Source: a virus (Duplodnaviria; Caudoviricetes). From it: a stretch of 56,814 nucleotides of DNA. The position numbers and the translations under genes are program-made. The DNA lies in the IMG/VR virus record IMGVR_UViG_3300029319_000057, positions 1 to 56,814 of that record, one strand, 5' to 3'. Shown here one piece after another: positions 7,999-15,808 of this stretch (positions are counted from its first letter, which is position 1; every line of letters begins with the position of its first letter). The notes under the pieces were generated by a model, which saw nothing but the letters and a program-made list of their open reading frames with translations, had not been told where the DNA came from and made no database searches.

Positions 7999-8187
7999 AA
8001 TTTTTAATTTTAATTGTTATTATTTAATTTTATATTTATGTATTATTTTATTTATATCTTTTATATTTGTTAAGTGATAATGACTATGAAATTTTTTATT
8101 ATAATTAATTGTTAAGTCATATAGTTTGAATTCATTTGAATAGTAAATGTTAAATGAGTACATAATTATTTTTTTATTTGTTACACT

Positions 8188-8220
8188 TATATTATCTAAT
8201 TTACTTCGTATTTAGTTTGC
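8188..8220 (-). promoter_or_regulatory. Repeated promoter-like motif, copy 5
   Basis: GCAAA-CTAAATACGA-N9-GATAATATA then AGTGTAAC. Confidence 0.7.
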
Positions 8221-8435
8221 TAAAAAGGTAATATAGTTTTTTCAATATAAGTTAGACCTTTTAGTTTTAGCCAGTGTGATTTACCAGTTTTATATTGGTG
8301 ATTTCCATCTTCATCTTGTCCTAAGTATTTTGTTTTAAAGCCAAATGAGTTAGGAAGATTGCCGACTGTGTAGCCTTGATAGTAAGTGTTATTAACTTTA
8401 ATAACATTGTCTTTTAAGAATTTAATTGTTAACAT
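8220..8435 (-). CDS. Hypothetical protein
   Basis: 71-aa ORF, first gene of leftward block. Confidence 0.65.
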   Translation of the reverse strand: MLTIKFLKDNVIKVNNTYYQGYTVGNLPNSFGFKTKYLGQDEDGNHQYKTGKSHWLKLKGLTYIEKTILPF

Positions 8436-8459
8436 AGTATAAGTTTTAATAGTTACACT

Positions 8460-8492
8460 TATATTATCGAAAGACCTTCGTGTTTAGTCTGC
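8460..8492 (-). promoter_or_regulatory. Repeated promoter-like motif, copy 6
   Basis: GCAGA-CTAAACACGA-N9-GATAATATA then AGTGTAAC. Confidence 0.7.
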
Positions 8493-8753
8493 CAAAAGCA
8501 CGGGTAATATGCTGAGGCAGAAAAAAGCTAAAATATATTTTAAAAATTATAATATACTATACGCTCCGCGTACTGCAATGCAGCTAAAAACCTAGAAACC
8601 TCGACTGTAAAACGTAAAACAGCAGGGGGCTGGCCAAATAAAAACGGCTTTTCCGTAATGCGCAGCGTCGATACGGCAAGGCGTAACCCGTTTCTTCTTT
8701 ATATCTTATAATATGCGCACCTTATAATAAATAATGTTATTATTTATTTATAT

Positions 8754-8798
8754 ATGACATAAGATATAATTATATAATAGTAAGCAGCAAGTGTCACA
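8754..8798. promoter_or_regulatory. Operator-like pseudopalindrome, copy C
   Basis: ATGACATAAGATA-(AT-rich)-GCAGCAAGTGTCACA directly upstream of first rightward gene. Confidence 0.5.
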
Positions 8799-8835
8799 TT
8801 ATTAAAATTTACTATTTTTGAGTAATAATATAGAT

Positions 8836-9066
8836 ATGGCACAAAAATTATCAGCAACAGCACGCCGAAATAAGGCAGCAAGGGACAAAAGATACGCTAT
8901 GAGCGAGTGGGGTAAGTATAAAAAACGTACCGCACAGAAAAAAGGTTGTCCAAAAGGCTATGATTATGACCATAGGCTCAGAAAATGCGTAAAATCCTCT
9001 AAAAATAGAGCCGGAGGAAAAGGCGGTACTAAAAATGAACGCACAAGAGAGCGTTATGGGTACTAA
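8836..9066 (+). CDS. Small basic hypothetical protein
   Basis: ATG at 8836 in ORF 8818..9066; K/R-rich; DYDH...KNR loosely HNH-like. Confidence 0.65.
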   Translation: MAQKLSATARRNKAARDKRYAMSEWGKYKKRTAQKKGCPKGYDYDHRLRKCVKSSKNRAGGKGGTKNERTRERYGY

Positions 9067-9111
9067 AAACCACTAATTTTACGTAATTATACTAATATAA
9101 AACCAAAACCA

Positions 9112-9399
9112 ATGACATTTTATTACAAAACCTACTCTTGGTCGCAAGGCGAAGCAGGAGTACCCGAAGAAACCAGGAAGCTTTGGGAGCACATCGCAGA
9201 AAAGAAGAACTGGCGAATTGTTCAACTACCAAATGGGTTCTATCAGGCCGAATATATTGACTTAGACGAACATTGGGTCGATGTTACAAGGCGAGAAACG
9301 ATAGAATCAGCTGAAAATGCTATTGATGGCAGCATCGATCATTATAAAAAGAAGCTTGATTTCTTAAAAGGACCAAAGATAGTTAAAACTTTCGAATAA
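9112..9399 (+). CDS. Hypothetical protein
   Basis: 95-aa ORF. Confidence 0.75.
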   Translation: MTFYYKTYSWSQGEAGVPEETRKLWEHIAEKKNWRIVQLPNGFYQAEYIDLDEHWVDVTRRETIESAENAIDGSIDHYKKKLDFLKGPKIVKTFE

Positions 9400-9427
9400 T
9401 AACCACTTAAACAATAAATTTAATTAA

Positions 9428-10993
9428 ATGGAATATAATAATCCAAGTGAGATAGTAAAGAATCTGTCTTTCGGGGCAGATGCAAGAGACAAAATAATGC
9501 ACGGGGTTGATAAACTAGCAAATGCGGTTAAATCAACCCTAGGTGCTTCCGGAAAATGCGTTATATACGAAGACGCGTTAGGCCGGCCGGTAATTACAAA
9601 AGACGGTGTAACCGTTGCGGAAAGCGTAGTCTTATATGACCCGGTCGAAAACATAGGGGCAACTCTTATAAAGGAAGCAGCTAGAAATACAGTAAAAGAA
9701 GCCGGAGACGGTACAACAACAGCAACAGTGCTTGCGCAGGCATTGTTGCACCTCGCATATGCAAAAATTAAGGATGAGGGTGTGCGTAATATTAAATTAG
9801 GTATATCCTCTGCCCTTGATAAAGTAACTGAGCACTTACAGGAGGAAGCAATTCCCGTCAAGGATGACATGTTAAGATCCGTAAGTGCTATTAGTTGCAA
9901 TAATGATGAGGCTCTGGGAAATATCATATCGCAAGCCTATTCGAAGGTAGGTAAGGATGGTGTCGTCCTTATGGAAGAGTCTGAGACCCATGACACATAC
10001 GTTAAATTCGTAGAGGGCACACGAATAGAAGGCGGACTCAAATCGCCACATTTTATGACAGATAGAGATAAAGGTAGAGCAGTACTAGACAATCCGTACG
10101 TACTAATAGTTACTTCGCCAATACCTAATATCCGTAAAATACAAAGTGTATTGGAGTTTGTTATTAAAAAGAAAAGGAGCTTATTAATCGTTGCAGGCGT
10201 AGAACAACAACCTATGGCAGCTTTATTAGCTAACAAGGTTAAAGGCAATATAAAAGTTAATGTTGTAGATCTGCCTGGATTCGGACCAACTAAGCAAGAT
10301 ACAGTAGAAGATCTTGCGATATTGACTGGAGCAAAAATAATAGACGAAGAACTTGGTGATGATTTAGATTTAATAAATCCAGATGTACTCGGTGAGGCTA
10401 AGCAAGCTATAACCGATAATACACATACAGTTCTTCAAACTATAGATCAAGGTGAAATTTCTAAAGAACGAGTTAAAAAAGTTGAAAAGAAAATAAAAAA
10501 AGAAAAAGACCCGTACTTTAAGAAGAAGCAACAAGAACGTTTAGCTATGCTAAATGGGCAAGTTGCGATGATAAAAGTCGGCGCCGATTCTAAAATTGAG
10601 CTAAAAGAAAAGAAAGATAGAGTTGAAGACGCTATTTATGCAACTAGAGCAGCATTACAAGAAGGAATAGTATCTGGAGGTGGAATTGCATTATTAGATG
10701 CTCATTATAATATACAGCCTGAAAATGAAGGCGAGCGTATTTTATTAGAAGCTATAAAAGCTCCATATAAAACTATTTTAGAAAATGCTAATTTAGAATA
10801 TAAAGAAACAGGTAAACAAGGGACAGGCGTTAATGTTATATCTGGCAAACAAGTTAATATGATTAAATCCGGTATTATTGATCCTGTGCTTGTAACTAAG
10901 ACAGCGTTAAAAAATGCAGTTAGCGTTGTCAATACTATATTTTCTGCAGATTGTGTAATTTCAAATATTAGAATAGACAATGCAAGCAGTTAA
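9428..10993 (+). CDS. groEL: Phage-encoded chaperonin GroEL
   Basis: ITKDGVTVA, AGDGTTTATVLA, PGFG, KDRVEDA, GIIDP motifs; no GGM tail. Confidence 0.97.
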   Translation: MEYNNPSEIVKNLSFGADARDKIMHGVDKLANAVKSTLGASGKCVIYEDALGRPVITKDGVTVAESVVLYDPVENIGATLIKEAARNTVKEAGDGTTTATVLAQALLHLAYAKIKDEGVRNIKLGISSALDKVTEHLQEEAIPVKDDMLRSVSAISCNNDEALGNIISQAYSKVGKDGVVLMEESETHDTYVKFVEGTRIEGGLKSPHFMTDRDKGRAVLDNPYVLIVTSPIPNIRKIQSVLEFVIKKKRSLLIVAGVEQQPMAALLANKVKGNIKVNVVDLPGFGPTKQDTVEDLAILTGAKIIDEELGDDLDLINPDVLGEAKQAITDNTHTVLQTIDQGEISKERVKKVEKKIKKEKDPYFKKKQQERLAMLNGQVAMIKVGADSKIELKEKKDRVEDAIYATRAALQEGIVSGGGIALLDAHYNIQPENEGERILLEAIKAPYKTILENANLEYKETGKQGTGVNVISGKQVNMIKSGIIDPVLVTKTALKNAVSVVNTIFSADCVISNIRIDNASS

Positions 10994-11237
10994 TTATTAT
11001 ATAGTAATAGAAAAAATAAAAGAAGCGCCGAAGAAAGTAGGCGGCTTAGAACTTACGGAAGATCAAAATAAAGACGTAAGATATGCAAAAGGTAAAATAA
11101 TTTCTGCTGGTGATAAAGTAGAAATGTTAAACACAGGTGATATAGTACATTATGATAGACATGCAGGCCATGGCATACAATGGAAAGATAAGCTGTATTA
11201 TGTATTAAAGCTTGGTGATATAGTTTTAGTTGAATGA
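10980..11237 (+). CDS. groES: Co-chaperonin GroES
   Basis: 85 aa; KVGGLEL mobile loop, GKIISAG..V...GDIVHY; overlaps groEL end. Confidence 0.88.
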   Translation: MQAVNYYIVIEKIKEAPKKVGGLELTEDQNKDVRYAKGKIISAGDKVEMLNTGDIVHYDRHAGHGIQWKDKLYYVLKLGDIVLVE

Positions 11238-11674
11238 AATTAGAACCAAGTGATTTAAGAGAATTAAATTTATTAAAGTATTATAGGCTCATACGTAAAT
11301 GGGCCTGTAAAACTTATGGGCTAAAAGACGCTGATTTAGAACTTTTAGTCTATTTAGATTGCAAATCGCGATTTACACGTAATGAATTTATAGAAGGCGC
11401 GTATACATACTCATGGGATAAAAATAGATGGGAGCGCTTAAGACGTGATGGCTGGATAGATGTATGGCGTCACAGAAATAGAACAACTATAAAATATAGT
11501 ATATACAAAACCTCATTTAAATGTAGTCAACTTATATCTCGTATATACAGGATAATGCTTGCGCAAGAAGACTTACCTACTAGCGAGCGTAGTATATTTT
11601 ATAATAATAAATCATATACCGATAAAGTTTATAATAAAGCTATAGACGATATGATTAAAGATAAAGAAAGATAA
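11234..11674 (+). CDS. Conserved phage hypothetical protein (possibly winged helix)
   Basis: 146-aa ORF coupled to groES. Confidence 0.75.
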   Translation: MKLEPSDLRELNLLKYYRLIRKWACKTYGLKDADLELLVYLDCKSRFTRNEFIEGAYTYSWDKNRWERLRRDGWIDVWRHRNRTTIKYSIYKTSFKCSQLISRIYRIMLAQEDLPTSERSIFYNNKSYTDKVYNKAIDDMIKDKER

Positions 11675-12075
11675 TGGGCTACAAAATGAAAACTGATATT
11701 CCGGGGTTATTAGGCTTAAATAAAAAACATTCAACGCTTGATATTCCAGTATTTGAAAAAAATTTAGGTAGCGAATGGGGCTATGCTGATATGGATAGAA
11801 CTATTACCATTAATAGTAAACTAAATGAAAAACAAAAAAACGAAGCTGTTAAACATGAAAAGCTTCATGTTATGCAAATGAAAACAGGTGAAGCGTGGTT
11901 TGATAGCAATAATGTTTATCATCATCCAAAAAAAGATGAACCAATACAAGTTTATCCAAGAATTGGTAATAGTATGATAGTAAAAGGAAAAAAAATGGAA
12001 GTAGGTGATCCAAATAATCCTATTGAAGAACCTATTTATGAAAAAACAAATTTTTTCCCAACAAAACTAAGTTAA
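11674..12075 (+). CDS. Putative zincin-like metallopeptidase
   Basis: TITINSKL....KNEAVKHEKLH (HExxH). Confidence 0.6.
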   Translation: MGYKMKTDIPGLLGLNKKHSTLDIPVFEKNLGSEWGYADMDRTITINSKLNEKQKNEAVKHEKLHVMQMKTGEAWFDSNNVYHHPKKDEPIQVYPRIGNSMIVKGKKMEVGDPNNPIEEPIYEKTNFFPTKLS

Positions 12076-12077
12076 TT

Positions 12078-12371
12078 ATGGCAAGTAAAAACGCACCATC
12101 AAAGAAAAAATCTTTAGGATATTATAATCCAGTAAAAGACAAGAAAAAAGAAGGCGCTGCTGCAGGTGGTGGTATGACCAAAAAAGGTGTTGCCAAATAT
12201 AGAAGAGATAACCCAGGCAGTAAATTAAAAACTGCTGTTACTAATTGTAAAGTAAAACCAGGCACTAAAGCTTATAAAAGGCAAAAAGCATTTTGCAACA
12301 GATCAAGAAGTTGGAAAAGTGAAAGAGGAAAAGCTGCTAGAAGAAGATGGTGCTGTAGTAGACACAGATAA
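12078..12371 (+). CDS. Small basic protein (DUF6321-like)
   Basis: GGMTKKGVAKYRRDNPGSKLKTAVT...RQKAFCNRS...ARRRW. Confidence 0.7.
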   Translation: MASKNAPSKKKSLGYYNPVKDKKKEGAAAGGGMTKKGVAKYRRDNPGSKLKTAVTNCKVKPGTKAYKRQKAFCNRSRSWKSERGKAARRRWCCSRHR

Positions 12372-12373
12372 TT

Positions 12374-12541
12374 ATGTATAGAGAAAAACCACAGGGTCTA
12401 GGAGACTCAATAGAAAATTTTACAACAAAAACAGGAATTAAAGGACTTGTAGATAGAGTATCTAATGGTCTTAGCATACCGTGCGGTTGCGAAGGTAGAC
12501 GTAAGGCTATGAATATTATGTTCCCATACAAAAACAGATAA
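12374..12541 (+). CDS. Small conserved phage protein (55 aa)
   Basis: Not in ORF track; MYREKPQGLGDSIENFTTKTGIKGLVDRVSNGLSIPCGCEGRRKAMNIMFPYKNR, a GLGD...CGCxxR phage family. Confidence 0.75.
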   Translation: MYREKPQGLGDSIENFTTKTGIKGLVDRVSNGLSIPCGCEGRRKAMNIMFPYKNR

Positions 12542-12552
12542 ATACAAAAAAA

Positions 12553-12831
12553 ATGGCAAAACACTCATACTTTAGAATGAAACACACATTTTCAATGGAC
12601 CCAGTAGGACAAGAAGATGATGATATTAATAATGATGGTAACGTAGATTCTACTGATGATTATTTAAAAAATCGTAGAGAAAAAATTGCACAATCAAAAG
12701 CCGGAATGAAAATGATGCCTCGACCCGCAACATATATGGTTATGGATTCAGTTAGAGATGAAAAAGCAATGGTGAATACAAACAATCTCAAACAAATTAT
12801 ATCTTTTCAAAAAGATAAAAACATAATGTAA
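12553..12831 (+). CDS. Hypothetical protein with EF-hand-like loop
   Basis: DINNDGNVDSTD Dx[DN]xDG motif. Confidence 0.7.
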   Translation: MAKHSYFRMKHTFSMDPVGQEDDDINNDGNVDSTDDYLKNRREKIAQSKAGMKMMPRPATYMVMDSVRDEKAMVNTNNLKQIISFQKDKNIM

Positions 12832-14696
12832 TGGCTTATAAATTAAAAAACGCAAAACTTGAAAATTTTACGAATTTAGCAGGGTCACCCCCTTCTCCAT
12901 TTAGACAAAAAAAGATAAGAATTATAGGCGATGATGATGAGGTAATAACTAGCTCAGATATGTTACAAGGCGATGATTCTGATTTTGATATTGATTATAC
13001 AGGTGCTTCTCAAATTGAACCTATTGTACTATCTAATAAGAAAATAAGTAAAAAAGAACAAAAAAGAATAATATCTGAAGAATCATCTAAACCAAAAATT
13101 AAAAGCACTATAAGGAGCACAGAATTTGATGATATAGCTGATAGAGAAAGATATGATAAAACTATGGCCCCTTTAATAGAAGGTTTTAAAGATGATGTTA
13201 GAGAAGGTATGGGTAAAGCTGCACAGGTTATGATGGACATCGGATTAATGGCTGCCCCAATGCCCGGCGCTGGATTAATTGCAAGAGGAATTGGTGGAGG
13301 TCTTAGATTTGCAAAAAATCTTGTTTCTCCTGTAGCTTCTAAATTGCCAAAGTTAAATTTAAATCTTTCAAGCACTTTTAAACCAACGCCTAATTTAACC
13401 ACTTCTCAGATACAGCTTAATTTACCTGATTCACCTGGTATATTTGGAAGATTTAATCCAAAAACAAAGCAATCAATGTTTGATGCTTTAAACTTATTAG
13501 CCAAAGGCGCTAATGTTAGCAAAAAACAAAGATTAGCAACAATAAAAAGATTAAAAAGCCCAGAAGGTCAAAAAAGATTATACGAACAAGAGTTTGGGTA
13601 TCTACAAGATCAATTTAAAAAATTAGATCTTTCATTAAAAAATAATCCAAAGTCTAGATTTTTTCCTCAAATACGTGCGGCTGAATCCGCTATTAAGCAG
13701 GGTAAAGAACCATTTATACAATATGATATGGGTACAAATATTCTTTTTGATCGAGGAGGAAAATTATTTAAATCGCAAATTCCTAAAGTAGCAAGAGAAA
13801 ATGTTAAGAAAAGAATATTTACAATATCTCAGCCTAATATAAATGAGATGGCGAAGGGAGCAATAAAGGGTGGAAAATTAGATTATAGTAAAGCTTATAA
13901 ATTATTATATGGCGAATCATCACCGCCTAAAGATATTATGTTTGGGAGAGGTGCCACTTTTGGCGGTTTTGGAGGACCTCTTAAAGACACATATTCAATA
14001 CCATCATTTTCAGGAGTTCAAAGAAGTATGAGTTATAATCCAGGAGAATTTGTATTAGGTGCTTCAAAAGTAAGCGGAAAAGGACAATTAAGCTTTATGA
14101 ATCCAAGAACATATCAGCATGAATTACAACATGGCCTTCAGGCTGGGCGTACAACTCCTCTTGATATTTCATTAGCAAAAATAAAACCAGGTTCAATTGT
14201 TACAAAATATAATAGAAGATTAGATGATGCCATTGCTGCAAAACAAAATATAAAAGTTACTGATAAAAACTTTTTTACTACTTATCCAAAAGCTAAAGCA
14301 AGAGTTGCAAAACTTGAATCAAATCCGCCTAGACAGGTAAGTGATTATAATTACTTTAGATATGGGGGCAGCGGGCAATTGGAGCCAAGAGCTTTTGCTG
14401 CTGAATTAAGACAAAGTTTATTAGATAAAGGTTTTATAAAAGATGTTTATCAACCAATAACACCAAACATTTTATCAAGTGCAAAAAAATATTTTGCTAA
14501 AAATCCATTTAGTCAAGGAGCTTTAAAATCTTCAACTGGTAAAACTTTTAATGTCAGCGGAACTAGACTTTTAGATTTTGCGTCAGGATCAAAATCTAAT
14601 CTTGGACAATTATCAAAATTAATGAATAAATTACCAACAGTAACGCTTCCTATTCTCGGCGGTACTACATTGAAATTTTCAGGGGATAGAAAATAA
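12831..14696 (+). CDS. Large basic protein with C-terminal zincin-like motif
   Basis: YQHELQHGLQ and downstream EPRAF; 621 aa. Confidence 0.65.
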   Translation: MAYKLKNAKLENFTNLAGSPPSPFRQKKIRIIGDDDEVITSSDMLQGDDSDFDIDYTGASQIEPIVLSNKKISKKEQKRIISEESSKPKIKSTIRSTEFDDIADRERYDKTMAPLIEGFKDDVREGMGKAAQVMMDIGLMAAPMPGAGLIARGIGGGLRFAKNLVSPVASKLPKLNLNLSSTFKPTPNLTTSQIQLNLPDSPGIFGRFNPKTKQSMFDALNLLAKGANVSKKQRLATIKRLKSPEGQKRLYEQEFGYLQDQFKKLDLSLKNNPKSRFFPQIRAAESAIKQGKEPFIQYDMGTNILFDRGGKLFKSQIPKVARENVKKRIFTISQPNINEMAKGAIKGGKLDYSKAYKLLYGESSPPKDIMFGRGATFGGFGGPLKDTYSIPSFSGVQRSMSYNPGEFVLGASKVSGKGQLSFMNPRTYQHELQHGLQAGRTTPLDISLAKIKPGSIVTKYNRRLDDAIAAKQNIKVTDKNFFTTYPKAKARVAKLESNPPRQVSDYNYFRYGGSGQLEPRAFAAELRQSLLDKGFIKDVYQPITPNILSSAKKYFAKNPFSQGALKSSTGKTFNVSGTRLLDFASGSKSNLGQLSKLMNKLPTVTLPILGGTTLKFSGDRK

Positions 14697-14715
14697 CCAA
14701 ATAAAATTAAATCAA

Positions 14716-15060
14716 ATGAAATTATTAAATCAATTAAAAAAATTAAATCAATTAGAGTTTTTAAATAAAAGACAAATGCATTTTGCATATTGTTTTGGCG
14801 CGTCAATAGTAATTGTGGGCGCTTGGATGAAAATAACACATGTAAGTTTTATGGGCATTACAGGTAATGCAATGCTAACTATAGGTTTATTAACAGAAGC
14901 TTTTATATTTCTTATATCCGCTTTTGAAAAACCAGAACCAACATATGATTGGACTATAGTATATCCAGATTTAAAAAAGAAAAAGAAGGAAGAAAGAAAG
15001 CTTTATGATATAAAAGTAAATGAAGACGAATTAAAAACTTTAAATCGTTTAAAAAAATAA
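14716..15060 (+). CDS. gldL: Truncated GldL/PorL homologue (transmembrane domain only)
   Basis: MHFAYCFGASIVIVGAWMKITH...MLTIGLLTEAFIFLISAFE...YDWTIVYPDL is colinear with the GldL N-terminal two-TM domain. Confidence 0.9.
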   Translation: MKLLNQLKKLNQLEFLNKRQMHFAYCFGASIVIVGAWMKITHVSFMGITGNAMLTIGLLTEAFIFLISAFEKPEPTYDWTIVYPDLKKKKKEERKLYDIKVNEDELKTLNRLKK

Positions 15061-15061
15061 A

Positions 15062-15460
15062 ATGAGTAAAATATTATCTAAACTATTCGGTAACTCTAGC
15101 GGAGCAGTCGTAGACAAGCTAGCTGGTGTTGCTGATAGGTTTATTAGAACAAAAGACGAAAAAGCAGAGTTTGAAAAAGAAATGACTCAAATATTTATAG
15201 AAGCAGAAAAAGAAATGCAAAAGAATGTTACCGAAAGATGGAAAGCTGATTTGGAGCATGGTAATTGGCTTACGCGTTCTGTAAGGCCATTAGTATTAGT
15301 ATTTTTAATTATAAGTACTGTATTAATGGTTTTTATTGATTCTGGCTCTATTGCTTTTCAAGTAGAAGATAAATGGACAGACTTATTGCAAATTGTCCTT
15401 ATAACAGTAATCGGCGCGTATTTTGGAGGGCGCTCGGTTGAAAAATTAAGAAAAAAATAA
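15062..15460 (+). CDS. 3TM (GTA-type) holin-family protein
   Basis: VTERWKAD...WLTRSVRP, two hydrophobic helices, GAYFGGRSVEK end. Confidence 0.8.
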   Translation: MSKILSKLFGNSSGAVVDKLAGVADRFIRTKDEKAEFEKEMTQIFIEAEKEMQKNVTERWKADLEHGNWLTRSVRPLVLVFLIISTVLMVFIDSGSIAFQVEDKWTDLLQIVLITVIGAYFGGRSVEKLRKK

Positions 15461-15802
15461 ATGCCTAGAATAAAGAGTTTTCCAACGGACAGTACTATCA
15501 ATGATAATGATAAGCTTATAGGAACAGATTCTCAAACTGGCAATACTAAAAATTATAAAGTTGGTGATTTGAAAGACCATATTAAATCTGCAAGGCTTCA
15601 TATACACCATCAAAATAATGCTTCAACAACTTGGGTAATAAATCATAATAAAGATACATTTCCAAGTGTAAGCATAAAATTTTCAAGCAGCGACGAAATT
15701 TATGAAAACGTAGGTGCGTTCGCTGGAATAACATACAACAACAGTAATACTATAACAATAACTTTAGCGGCTGCGGAAAGCGGTTACGCGTATTTAAACT
15801 AA
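15461..15802 (+). CDS. Hypothetical tail-associated protein
   Basis: DKLIGTD..TGNTKNY and H.Q..ASTTWVINHN...PSV motifs common in tail-fibre modules. Confidence 0.65.
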   Translation: MPRIKSFPTDSTINDNDKLIGTDSQTGNTKNYKVGDLKDHIKSARLHIHHQNNASTTWVINHNKDTFPSVSIKFSSSDEIYENVGAFAGITYNNSNTITITLAAAESGYAYLN

Positions 15803-15808
15803 AAAAAA

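Noticed and set aside
8836-9066. HNH endonuclease
   Set aside because: Only a partial DH...N pattern; too degenerate to call
9424-10980. Antisense ORFs over groEL and similar shadows over tail, capsid-module and RNR genes
   Set aside because: Mirror frames of real genes produced by codon bias; no motifs
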